From Leucoraja ocellata (lineage: Eukaryota): 64,000 bases of DNA. A program made the position numbers and the translations under genes. Each line of letters opens with the position of its first letter. Position 1 is the stretch's first letter. The notes beneath the pieces were generated by a model. That model was given only the letters and a program-made list of their open reading frames with translations, had not been told where the DNA came from and ran no database searches. Positions 56,501 to 64,000 of this stretch are shown in pieces. The stretch is from contig JAWMAR010000252.1 of assembly GCA_036785375.1 (NCBI GenBank), forward strand, positions 2,232,001 to 2,296,000. Reading direction: 5' to 3'.

Positions 56501-59087
56501 TTTTTTTTTTAATACCATGGTGACACCAAACACCACCACCTCCACAGCAGGGGAGTGAATGCCTCTGTCAGTATGTTATTACCAACCATTAGGTTCAGAC
56601 ATTTTTCTTAACCGAATGGTTTTAATTGCAGAAGAAACAACAACAACAACAACAACAACAACAGAGACAACCACAACTGAGTCTACCACCAGTCCCACAA
56701 CTGGTGAGTGACACCATCTCCAGTAATTTTTAACAGTCATTTTATAGGACCGACAACAATGTCCAAAGTATGCCCAGCTTGTGCTGGAGTTGCACCACAT
56801 ACAAAAGTTACTACTGAATGCCGTGTTGATTATAAATTTGCAGCGGCTTTTGTTGAAATTATTCCACAACTTCTTTTAATTTATGTAATATATGCTGATT
56901 TTTTTACTACTCTCTCAAATGTGCCTTTCTTCACGTTGAATATAAAGGGCATGTATGCATTTGTTTACAGAAGAAACAACAACAACAACAGCCACGACCA
57001 CAACAGAATCTACCACCAGTCCTACAACTGGTAAGTGATAACTTCTTTTGCTCACAATGGCAGCTACTTTTATCCTCATGCGGGAATTTGAACTCATTTC
57101 TTTATAAGAAAATGATAGGTAACTTCTTTATTTGGGCTTAGGGGAGGTTGTTTGGCCCATTGGGTCCTTTTCAACTTCCAACAGTACAATGTCATGTCCA
57201 CTGCTTATTTCCCTGTAACTCTACAACATATTCTCTCTCACATCCACTCTCCTTTGATTCTTTTGGTATTGGTCTATACAAAGGGATAATTTACAATAGC
57301 CAATTAATCTACCAGTATGTCTCTGGGTGACAGGAGGAACCCAAGGAAGTATAGGTAACCATACAAACAGCACCTTATATCAGGATTGAACTTGGATCTC
57401 TCAAGCGAACAGGCAAAGGCGAGGCACAGCCTTCCACAGCTTATTGAGAGTGGTCTTCTTTTCGTTATAATCTCTTTCCTGCTTTAACTCTTGATTCTGT
57501 TTTATGAATTGACAGCCAAAGTGTTCCTTTATCATATATTATCCTGGAGCAGCTACCTTTTTGCCATTTCCCTCTTGCCCACCAATTAATTTCTTCTGCA
57601 TATATGGTGTATATTTTCACCATATACAGTACGTAGCATGTTTAAAGGTGATATGGTGAGGCAGCGCAACTACTCCAATAATGTTCTTCAATAACACGCT
57701 GAGACCAACCCATCAAAGTGGAAAGAATATCTGGCTGTTAAAATCATGCTATAGTTAGTGCACAGCTGCAGTCAGCTGCCTGATAAGTGACCACACATTT
57801 GTGCTTTATGCTTTATCCCCATTGTTCTGTTCTGCACTGACAATTACTGTTTCCCTATCTAATACTTGAGGTTGTATCTCAATTCAGATCAATCAACAGT
57901 TCCCCAAACATAATGTAATTATTCCCGTTTTATTGTTCCCATTTTCTTTTAAACTGTCATTTGGAAGATTCATTTTGATGCACAACCATGTTTCTCAAAT
58001 CTTGTTTTTTAATATTTATGTTTATATTTTCCACTTTGTATAGTTTAATAAAAATGTTTTCTTATGTTTTCTTTCTTTTCCATTACAGTACCAGACTGTT
58101 TGGGTGTATGGTCTCATTGGCATAATAAAAATACACCATCAGTGTCATCTCCACATGATTATGAATTGTTGAAAACATATGGCCATACATTTTGCCCATC
58201 TTCTTCCGATGAAATTACTAATATTCAGTGCCAATTTGCCGACCATCCTGAATGGCCACTAAGTGTATCGTCAGATCTTGTGACCTGCAATAAAGACATA
58301 GGTTTGATCTGCACGTTCTCTGGAAATCCTTTTGGCAACTTTTGTCATGACTACAGAATTAGAGTTTGCTGCGTGCCAACTGAGACTACAACTGTCCCCA
58401 TGACTACAACTGAGTCTACAACCAGTCCCACAACTGGTGAGTACTTGTGAACAGTCATTTTAAAGGAAGGACACCAATGTCCAAAGTATGCCCAACTTGT
58501 GCTAGAATTGAACCAAATACAAATGTTACTGCTGAATGTCACGATGATTATAAATTTGCAGTGAATTTTGACCATATTTCAGTACAATTTCTGTTAGTAT
58601 GTCCTTTGCAAGATGGGAAGTAATTAAGGGTGTTTATTTCCACTTTACACAATCTCTTTTGTAATTGGGAAATATCTGCTGAATTTGCCGGTCATTCATA
58701 ATCTTGTATTCAAGATGGATGAATTAATTGTCCATGAACTTGTTTTTCTTTTGAAGAAACATCTACAACAACCAGCACAACTGAGCCCACAACCACTTCC
58801 ACAACTGGTGAGTAATGATATTATCAAGAATCATTTGCGATTCATTTTAATACAGTACACGCCTCTGCCAGAGTACATATGCACATGCTGATTATCTATG
58901 CATATACAGATCATTTTGCTTCTAAATAAATGTAATTCATTTATTATTTTCCATTTTTTTTAAAATACCATGGTGACACCAAACACCACCACCTCCACAG
59001 CAGGGGAGTGAATGCCTCTGTCAGTATGTTATTACCAACCATTAGGTTCAGACATTTTTCTTAACCGAATGGTTTTAATTGCAGAAG

Positions 59088-59119
<32 letters not shown>

Positions 59120-61115
59120 GAGACAACCACAACTGAGTCTACCACCAGTCCCACAACTGGTGAGTGACACCATCTCCAGTAATTTTTAACAGTCATTTTA
59201 AAGGACCGACAACAATGTCCAAAGTATGCCCAGCTTGTGCTGGAGTTGCACCACATACAAAAGTTACTACTGAATGCCGTGTTGATTATAAATTTGCAGC
59301 GGCTTTTGTTGAAATTATTCCACAACTTCTTTTAATTTATGTAATATATGCTGATTTTTTTACTACTCTCTCAAATGTGCCTTTCTTCAAGTTGAATATA
59401 AAGGGCATGTATGCATTTGTTTACAGAAGAAACAACAACAACAGCCACGACCACCACAGAATCTACTACCACTCCTACAACTGGTAAGTGATAACTTCTC
59501 TCAATGTACACTCATGTTTTTTTTTAATTACAACAAAAAGTGACAGCAGTATATCTTGTGGCCAATGGCAAAGAACAGAACAATCTCTCCACTGCTCTGA
59601 ATAATAACAATAATTACAATAACATTTCACAGGAAATGTTTTTTAGCTGTATAGTTTATTCACTGAAGATATGAATAAGTATGTCACGGTGTTCCCTACA
59701 TTTCAGTTGAATAAAAAGGACATGTATGCATTTGTTTACAGAAGAAACTACAGTCCCTGAAGAATGCTTCTGTGATTCAGATCCACCAAGAAGGGTAATT
59801 GTTTCACCCAATTGGGCAGATTTGATGTGGTAGTAAATTTACACTGGAAACTTTGCCTTTAAAATGTTGCCTTTAATTTACCTAATATCTTATTGTAGTT
59901 ATCAGAATGAATTGCAATTTGTAATGGCAATGTCTAGGCTTTGCCTAAGGCTTTATGACACACTTTACATCCTCAACATTCTATTGAACTCTGAGCTGAA
60001 TTTCCAACCATATTTCTTCATGTCAATAAAGCACTACCTTCTGAAACTAATATCATTACACATCTCTTCACCTATTTCACTATGTTGCCCCCAAACCTTT
60101 CATATACTCTTCTGCTTCTCCAGAGTTGACTCTTCCATTATTTATCCACTTGGCCTTGTGTTCTTCCATTGAATTTTGCTTCTAGCTTCTGCTTCTAATA
60201 TCCTAGCCTATGCCACTTTGGGTTCATCCAACACCTTTATGTAGTTTTACCCAAATTGTCTACCAATGTCTCAGTCTTAAAATTCTCACCCTCCCTGCCT
60301 CACCCCTCCATAATCTTAACCAGCACCGCAGGTGTTCAAAAACTCTGATCTCTCATTATTGACGGTTGGATTTTCATCCATCAAATAAACACAATTTTGG
60401 TTCTCCATACATTCCATCATAATAAGAGGCGTTTATGGTTCAGAGAAACCAACACGTGATGCCCTTTCATATTCAAATTGTTTAGTTGGAAACTAATGCA
60501 ACCAAACCACCCTAAAATATGCTTTTTCATATGCAGTAACATGCATAATTCAAACAACATGGAAAATGTGTAAGCTTTTGATGTATACATTTTTTGTCAT
60601 CGTTCCCTAGTGCAATGAAACATGGAAAGAGAACTGTGCAACCCTTACTTGTGTTAAAGACGAAATGTTCAAAATTGAACATGTTGCCTGTGCATTACCT
60701 GTGAAACCAAGATGTTACAATGGGTTAAAACCTGTCAGAGTTGAATCTCAAGATGGTTGCTGTTCAAAGTGGGATTGTGAATGTAAGAATTGATTCAGAT
60801 TCATCTTTCTTTTGCCAGTGGAAAAGTAATTTTCTTCATTTTTGTTTTTATTGTACATGACCTAAATGGATTTTTTTTTTAGATGATTGTCAGATATGGG
60901 GAGGACAACATTATCGTACCTTTGATGGGATATTCTATAACTTCTTTGAAAATTGTACACATATTCTCGTGCAAGAAATTATCCCAAAATACAATTTTAC
61001 GGTGATACTCGATAATTATTATTGCACATCATCAGCGGCTAAATCCTGTCAACAAACATTAATTATCCATTACCAAGGAAATGTCATATATTTAACAACC
61101 GGACATCAACCTAGT
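1819..61115 (+). CDS. Gel-forming mucin gene (multi-exon, partial at both ends): MUC19-like D3 assembly, 14 CysD + PTS cassettes, start of VWD4
   Basis: About 90 manually traced AG/GT-bounded exons with matching phases. They translate to TIL, VWD ([11 protein letters not shown]; VCGLCGNFN), C8, TIL, WxxW/CysD domains, Thr-rich PTS and a C-terminal VWD. The span includes introns. Confidence 0.95.
2050..2188 (+). CDS. Mucin exon, start of VWD3
   Basis: tag|C...GAG|gtaag; [46 protein letters not shown]. Confidence 0.95.
3026..3130 (+). CDS. Mucin exon, VWD3
   Basis: tag|GAC...GAG|gtata; [35 protein letters not shown]. Confidence 0.94.
3272..3460 (+). CDS. Mucin exon, VWD3
   Basis: tag|GAT...AAG|gtatg; [12 protein letters not shown]...[34 protein letters not shown]. 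Confidence 0.94.
4470..4545 (+). mobile_element. Short CR1 ORF2 endonuclease remnant
   Basis: Translates to about [14 protein letters not shown], resembling the GGVALxxK APE motif of CR1. Confidence 0.45.
5526..5765 (+). CDS. Mucin exon, VWD3 end / C8
   Basis: aag|AAT...ATG|gtaag; [22 protein letters not shown]...FGNSWK...[29 protein letters not shown]. Confidence 0.95.
5845..6001 (+). CDS. Mucin exon, C8 domain
   Basis: cag|GTT...C|gtaag; [52 protein letters not shown]. Confidence 0.95.
6345..6532 (+). mobile_element. Retroposon 3' tail (LINE/SINE-like)
   Basis: Ends in aatttcactgcacctcaattggtacatgtgacaataaactgaccttgataccttg, i.e. AATAAA followed by a short tandem tail. Confidence 0.45.
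6621..6678. repeat. 29-bp tandem duplication (2 copies)
   Basis: ttttgatccttgcaatgaaaggcaggtca / ttttgatcctttcaatgaaaggcaggtta. Confidence 0.85.
7244..7357 (+). CDS. Mucin exon, TIL3
   Basis: cag|CT...G|gtgct; (P)[37 protein letters not shown](G). Confidence 0.93.
7677..7818 (+). CDS. Mucin exon, TIL3/E3
   Basis: tag|GT...TG|gtaaa; (G)[47 protein letters not shown]. Confidence 0.94.
8634..8665 (+). CDS. Mucin micro-exon, end of E3
   Basis: cag|T...A|gtaag; (C)[10 protein letters not shown]. The phases fit both neighbours. Confidence 0.88.
8840..9570 (-). mobile_element. Rex/Babar-like LINE RT fragment, interrupted by a nested insertion at ~9040-9257
   Basis: Minus-strand ORFs read [43 protein letters not shown] and, past the insertion, IEMVE plus a [12 protein letters not shown]-like segment. 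Confidence 0.85.
9040..9257 (+). mobile_element. Penelope-derived pLTR / short retroposon with hammerhead-like core
   Basis: A pyrimidine tract, then gtctgaagaagggtttcggcccgaaacgttgcc...catagatgctgctgcaccc..tgagtttctccagca...gcatctgcagttcc. It is flanked by the near-direct repeat tatgcgtagca / tatgtgtagca. Confidence 0.75.
9950..10455 (-). mobile_element. Probable solo LTR (~506 bp)
   Basis: TG...CA ends with an imperfect inverted repeat (tgtagcggc...gccacaaca), 5-bp flanks cctat/ccgat, and AATAAA on the minus strand near 10120. Confidence 0.6.
10658..10899 (+). mobile_element. HE1/V-SINE-like element (5' truncated) with CR1-type tail
   Basis: gtgtggagtttg...ccctgtgaccacgtgg..., then ...atggtcagcatggactcggtgagccaaaatgcctgttttcatgctgtatc and a (taaac)n tail. 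Confidence 0.8.
11298..11390 (+). CDS. First PTS (Thr/Ser/Pro-rich) exon
   Basis: cag|GA...G|gtaag, 93 nt, phase 1-1; [30 protein letters not shown]. Confidence 0.9.
12020..12250 (+). mobile_element. Degenerate CR1 3' end
   Basis: Similar to 390-630: ...tttaaaagacgtttggatagg.cacctggat...gg..cctgtgctgtattgttct. Confidence 0.65.
13401..13691 (+). mobile_element. GC-rich TE fragment, Helitron-like 5' end, fused to the first CysD exon
   Basis: Begins TCTATATTACT (a TC start typical of Helitrons). Composition shifts abruptly to GC/CpG-rich, the sequence has no counterpart in the other array units, and it joins CysD sequence at 13692. The family call is tentative. Confidence 0.55.
13679..13960 (+). 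CDS. CysD exon A1, 5'-truncated, using a putative TE-derived acceptor
   Basis: ttcacacattctctgccag|AC...G|gtgagt, 282 nt in frame; (D)[13 protein letters not shown]...[11 protein letters not shown]... It lacks the WxxW segment. Confidence 0.6.
14228..16474 (+). CDS. PTS micro-exons, unit A1 (span includes introns)
   Basis: Exons: 14228-14317, 14905-14955, 15281-15331, 15453-15512, 15914-15970, 16430-16474. All are AG..GT, phase 1-1 and 3n. Examples are ETTT...[29 protein letters not shown] and [14 protein letters not shown]. Confidence 0.85.
15043..15255. mobile_element. Fold-back (inverted) Penelope-pLTR-derived insertion, present in all 7 A units
   Basis: 15043-15131 is approximately the reverse complement of 15134-15218. 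It belongs to the same family as 9125-9257 and is flanked by a duplicated aaacaaatg. Confidence 0.75.
16555..16830 (-). mobile_element. Retroposon fragment with (CAT)n end, possibly RTE-related; present in all A units
   Basis: GC-rich block beginning catcatcatcatcg, which is a (TGA)n tail on the minus strand. It is absent from B units. Confidence 0.45.
17110..17270 (-). mobile_element. HE1/V-SINE remnant (one copy per complete A and B unit)
   Basis: aatttacaatagccaattaatctaccagcatgtct...ctccatacaaacagcacc...gggttgaac is the reverse complement of the V-SINE core. Confidence 0.7.
17872..18219 (+). CDS. CysD (WxxW) exon A2
   Basis: acag|TG...G|gtgagt, 348 nt; [14 protein letters not shown]...[18 protein letters not shown]. 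Confidence 0.93.
18487..20727 (+). CDS. PTS micro-exons, unit A2 (span includes introns)
   Basis: 18487-18570, 19158-19208, 19534-19584, 19706-19765, 20167-20223, 20683-20727. Confidence 0.85.
22125..22472 (+). CDS. CysD exon A3
   Basis: As A2. Confidence 0.93.
22740..24980 (+). CDS. PTS micro-exons, unit A3 (span includes introns)
   Basis: 22740-22823, 23411-23461, 23787-23837, 23959-24018, 24420-24476, 24936-24980. Confidence 0.85.
26379..26726 (+). CDS. CysD exon A4
   Basis: As A2 (CPS, NAT variant). Confidence 0.93.
26994..29231 (+). CDS. PTS micro-exons, unit A4 (span includes introns)
   Basis: 26994-27074, 27662-27712, 28038-28088, 28210-28269, 28671-28727, 29187-29231. Confidence 0.85.
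30630..30977 (+). CDS. CysD exon A5
   Basis: As A2 (HPDWLL variant). Confidence 0.93.
31245..33486 (+). CDS. PTS micro-exons, unit A5 (span includes introns)
   Basis: 31245-31331, 31919-31969, 32296-32346, 32468-32527, 32929-32982, 33442-33486. Confidence 0.85.
34885..35232 (+). CDS. CysD exon A6
   Basis: As A2. Confidence 0.93.
35500..37731 (+). CDS. PTS micro-exons, unit A6 (span includes introns)
   Basis: 35500-35574, 36162-36212, 36538-36588, 36710-36769, 37171-37227, 37687-37731. Confidence 0.85.
39130..39477 (+). CDS. CysD exon A7
   Basis: As A2. Confidence 0.93.
39743..41971 (+). CDS. PTS micro-exons, unit A7 (span includes introns)
   Basis: 39743-39814, 40402-40452, 40778-40828, 40950-41009, 41411-41467, 41927-41971. 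Confidence 0.85.
43369..43716 (+). CDS. Chimeric CysD exon (A-type 5' part, B-type 3' part)
   Basis: [29 protein letters not shown] (A-type), then TYGHTLC...[19 protein letters not shown] (B-type). Confidence 0.93.
44037..44763 (+). CDS. PTS micro-exons, unit B1 (span includes introns)
   Basis: 44037-44087, 44365-44436, 44704-44763; phase 1-1, 3n. Confidence 0.85.
45822..46169 (+). CDS. CysD exon B2
   Basis: acag|TA...G|gtgagt, 348 nt; [14 protein letters not shown]...[13 protein letters not shown]. Confidence 0.93.
46490..47215 (+). CDS. PTS micro-exons, unit B2 (span includes introns)
   Basis: 46490-46540, 46817-46888, 47156-47215. Confidence 0.85.
48275..48622 (+). CDS. CysD exon B3
   Basis: As B2. 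Confidence 0.93.
48943..49668 (+). CDS. PTS micro-exons, unit B3 (span includes introns)
   Basis: 48943-48993, 49270-49341, 49609-49668. Confidence 0.85.
50728..51075 (+). CDS. CysD exon B4
   Basis: As B2. Confidence 0.93.
51396..52121 (+). CDS. PTS micro-exons, unit B4 (span includes introns)
   Basis: 51396-51446, 51723-51794, 52062-52121. Confidence 0.85.
53180..53527 (+). CDS. CysD exon B5
   Basis: As B2 (HPDW variant). Confidence 0.93.
53848..54577 (+). CDS. PTS micro-exons, unit B5 (span includes introns)
   Basis: 53848-53898, 54182-54250, 54518-54577. Confidence 0.85.
55636..55983 (+). CDS. CysD exon B6
   Basis: As B2 (HPDW variant). Confidence 0.93.
56304..57030 (+). CDS. PTS micro-exons, unit B6 (span includes introns)
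   Basis: 56304-56354, 56632-56703, 56971-57030. Confidence 0.85.
58089..58436 (+). CDS. CysD exon B7
   Basis: As B2 (FADHPEW variant). Confidence 0.93.
58757..59483 (+). CDS. PTS micro-exons, unit B7 (span includes introns)
   Basis: 58757-58807, 59085-59159, 59427-59483. Confidence 0.85.
59742..59794 (+). CDS. Linker exon leaving the PTS region
   Basis: acag|AA...AGG|gtaat; (E)[17 protein letters not shown]. Phase 1 to phase 0. Confidence 0.88.
60611..60782 (+). CDS. Cysteine-rich exon preceding VWD4
   Basis: tag|TGC...T|gtaag; [57 protein letters not shown]. Confidence 0.93.
60883..61115 (+). CDS. First exon of the C-terminal VWD4
   Basis: tag|AT...AGT|gtaag; (Y)[47 protein letters not shown]...[12 protein letters not shown]. 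Confidence 0.93.
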
Positions 61116-61599
61116 GTAAGTAATGTCTTCATATATATTTATGCATAGTTATATGTCCATTTCACAAACCCGTTTCCATACTGGCATTCTCACATTTCAA
61201 TGTATATATTTTTTCCTTTGCTATGTGATATTTAATAATATTAGGCTTTAAATGTTTCCTCACATGTTAGATACACGTGAAAAAAAAAACCTTTAGTGTT
61301 GTTTTCATATTTGGTCTTTGCCACACTCCTAGGAGAGCAATAATATTTTACAGTGTCATTGGTAAATATAAATTGAAGCATTATTGAATGGCTCCAGGTA
61401 ATCCTTACATGGGACAGATTTTCTAGAGGTAAATGAAAATCAAGATAAAACTACAGATAGTGTCAATGTAAAACAAAAACAGAAAGTGCTGAGCAGGTTA
61501 GGCTACTTGGCCTCTAAACAAGATGATGAAGAGTTGTCAGGATGACTGGGAGTCAGACAAAGTGTAGTTGAGAAAGGGCACAAGATAGCTCTCTGAACT

Positions 61600-62430
61600 A
61601 CTCTTTGTCTCACCTTCTAAGGTACATTGTAAGGACCTTGTACTGTATTCCATTCTCCTAGTTCTTCCGTCTTCATCATATTTTCACAAATGATGACACA
61701 TTCCATACAGTCACCTCTAATTAGAGGTCAATGTTCGTACCACTGGGGTGCAAAATGCCCAAGTGAAATATGAGATGCTGCTCCTCCAATTTACGGTTTA
61801 GGGTGGTCCTCACTCTGGCCATGTTAGTCTTGTCCTCACCTTCCAGCCCCCCAATCTCCACATTCAACAGAAAATTATCTACAATTAATGTTACCTTGAA
61901 AGAGATTTCACCACCAGCCACATCTTCTCCTTTCCTCCCCTTTCAGCATTTTCAGGAACCATTCCTTTAGTGACTCCATGACCACTATTCTGCTCCCTCC
62001 CAAGCCATCTATTTATTATGGAATTTCCACACTCGACCATAGGTGATCCACCACTCGTCCTGTCACCTATTCCCTGCCTACCACCAATGGACCAAAACAG
62101 TCTTTTCAGATGAAGCAATGATTCACTTAATCGGCTTCCAATCTAGTTTGCCTGCTGTTCATAATATGGTCTCTTTCATATTGGGAAACCAAATGCAGAT
62201 TGGGGATTGTTTTGGAGAACACCTGCACTCAGTCCGCAGGAGTGACTCAGAGCTTTCCGTTGCCTGACATTTAATCCCCATCCAACTCCCACTCTATTCT
62301 ATTGGTCTGTGGCGTCATGAACTGTTGCATTGTGACCGAACACAAGCTTGAGGCACTTTATCTTCTGTCTGGCCATATTGCAGACTTCTGGGTTCAATAT
62401 TGAATTCTACAACTTCAGATAACTTGATTT
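61600..62430 (+). mobile_element. Degenerate Penelope-like element (RT C-terminus/GIY-YIG) with an inverted internal piece at ~61721-61810
   Basis: The plus strand gives IPFSxFFRLHH, GNQMQIGDCFGEHLHSVRR and ...NIEFYNFR. The minus strand ORF 61721-61921 gives RKLEEQHLIFHLGILHPSGTNID. Confidence 0.8.
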
Positions 62431-62666
62431 CTTAGTCTGTACCAATCATCTGTCTGTGATAGTAACTCGGGTAAGTGGAGAACATGCCCAATCTGACAGC
62501 TGGCACGTCCTGCTCTGCAATTCCTTTGACAAAATCCTCATTCTCAAACTGCTCTCATTCATTCATTGACCAGGTAACCTTGTTTACACCTTATCACCAT
62601 GGTCACCCTGTTTCATTCTATCACAGATCATCCTATTGCCACCTTGCAGGTTTACAAATTATTAAT

Positions 62667-62890
62667 GGGCCTGTCCCAATTTCACATGTTTTCCGGCAAC
62701 TGCCGGCATTATATCATTGTCGCCAAAAGATTTTGAATATTTCAAAGTCCAGCGGTGACAAAAAAAATATTGCGACACTTGAAAAAAACCTCACGTCAAT
62801 ATGTCATCACGCCGCAATTTTTTTGGTGACCTGATAAGTCATTCAATGATGCTGGCAGTTACCGAAAAAATCGGCAAGTGGGATAAACCC
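62667..62890. mobile_element. MITE, PIF/Harbinger-like
   Basis: TIRs gggcctgtccca...tgggataaaccc, extended internal inverted match (ttttccggcaactgccggcat / atgctggcagttaccgaaaa), TAA/TTA flanks. Confidence 0.7.
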
Positions 62891-63782
62891 TTAAGTCTGC
62901 ATTTTCAGTTCTGACAGAAAGTTGTCGATCTAAAACATTTCCTGCAGATATAGCCTGACCTGCTAAGCATTGCCAGCATTTTCTAATTGTGTGGCTGATT
63001 TTAAACGCGTACTTTTTGCTGCGAGTGGTGGGTAGGAAGGAGGAATCCATAATTTTGATTTTTATCCTCCTTGTGTTTTATTTTACTAAATTTATAGAGA
63101 AAACTGATAATCTTTAATTTATTAAATTATTACTAAATTATTGTAATTTAGTAACACTGGGAAAATTAAATATCACTTTTCACACCAATTTAGTATACCC
63201 TTGACCCAACATTTTCAAAATAAATCGATTGCAGACTCTTCATTCTGGCAAAGAGCATCCAGTCCACATTTCATGGGCAATTTTGATATTTATTCTGTAT
63301 TTACACGTCCATGAGATTATCCTTCAGCCCATATTCCCACCTTGATTACATTTACACTATACCTATCTTATTGTTCAACCTCTCCTGCCCCCATCCCAGC
63401 ACAAGACATTTCTTTCTGTTCGTATGTGCCCTCGTCCATTTCTTTACATCTTGAGATTTTACCTCTTATCATTCCTGGTTTTAATAAAATGCTGTCAACC
63501 TAAAATGTTATTGCAGCTTTTATGTGTATTGGCACTGTATTTCAGTTATTTTCTTTAACTTAAAATAGAGTGTTTTGACAATCAATGTACAGTGATTTGA
63601 CGTTTCAGGCTCAGAGTATTTGCAGTTTATGCCACGGGGCCTATTTTAAATTATTCCAAGAATATTCATGAGTTGCATTTAATTTGGTTCTCATTGGACT
63701 GAAATATGTTGTATGCAGTTAACGATAAGGTGGCAAGCATTTGAAGTTAAATAAGTCCTGGCTCAATCAAGCTGTGAGTGTT

Positions 63783-63910
63783 TAAGAAAAAACTGTAGAT
63801 GCTGGAAAAATCGAAGGTAGACAAAAATGCTGGAGAAACTCAACGGGTGAGGCAGCTTCTATGGAGAGAAGGAATAGGCGATGTTTCAGGTCAAGACTAT
63901 CTTCAGACTT
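63783..63910 (-). mobile_element. Penelope-derived pLTR / short retroposon copy
   Basis: Reverse complement of the 9125-9257 family: tgtagatgctggaaaaatcgaaggtagacaaaaatgctggagaaactca...ttcagact. Confidence 0.75.
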
Positions 63911-64000
63911 TCTGGGATTCAATATCATTAACCAGTGAATTATATGCTATGTCAGATAAATAATCCCAGGTCCCTATTGATTTTAATGATATTCAGGAGG

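Larger units (their letters stand above)
43448..59483 (+). repeat. Tandem array B: 7 units of ~2.45 kb (last partial), each with a CysD exon and 3 PTS micro-exons
   Basis: CysD exon starts are 43369, 45822, 48275, 50728, 53180, 55636 and 58089 (spacing 2452-2456). Confidence 0.98.

Noticed and set aside
17826-58450. Each 128-135 aa CysD ORF as an independent small secreted-protein gene with a signal peptide
   Set aside because: The hydrophobic N-termini are translated polypyrimidine tracts upstream of an AG acceptor, and the ORFs end just after a GTGAGT donor.
13692-59483. CRISPR-like or prokaryotic repeat-spacer system
   Set aside because: The units are kb-sized, the intervening sequences are near-identical rather than unique, there are no cas genes, and the DNA is spliceosomal-intron-containing vertebrate sequence.
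14100-59487. Repeated poly-Asn, poly-Gln and poly-Val ORFs in the ORF track
   Set aside because: They are off-frame or antisense readings of the (ACA)n Thr-coding micro-exons plus intron read-through.
62475-62834. 119-aa ORF
   Set aside because: It has no recognisable domain and runs across a MITE, so it is treated as spurious.
61116-64000. Next VWD4 exon
   Set aside because: I could not identify a convincing phase-0 exon. It probably lies beyond the window.

Overview
Eukaryotic, intron-rich vertebrate DNA. The repeat content (HE1/V-SINE, CR1, Rex/Babar, Penelope-like, Harbinger-type MITE) suggests a cartilaginous fish, probably a skate or ray. Almost the whole window is the middle of one + strand gel-forming mucin gene, incomplete at both ends. 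I traced about 90 GT-AG exons with consistent phases. They encode TIL/VWD3-C8-TIL (the D3 assembly, with MUC19/apomucin-type residues; 1819-8665), then a central region, then a linker, a cysteine-rich exon and the start of VWD4 (59742-61115). The central region is not one giant exon. It is two back-to-back tandem arrays of intron-containing units: 7 x ~4.25 kb (A, 13692-43447) and 7 x ~2.45 kb (B, ~43448-59483, last unit partial). Each unit holds one CysD (WxxW) exon plus 3-6 Thr/Ser/Pro micro-exons, all phase 1-1 and multiples of 3. That gives 77 in-frame cassette exons and ~2,800 aa. The first CysD exon is decapitated by a Helitron-like 5' end that supplies an in-frame splice acceptor, and the A-to-B switch maps to the homologous spot. 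A- and B-type CysD domains differ mostly by non-synonymous, His-gaining changes. A fold-back Penelope-derived insertion with hammerhead-like motifs is present in A units and absent from B units. Most ORFs in the supplied track are exon read-throughs or spurious.
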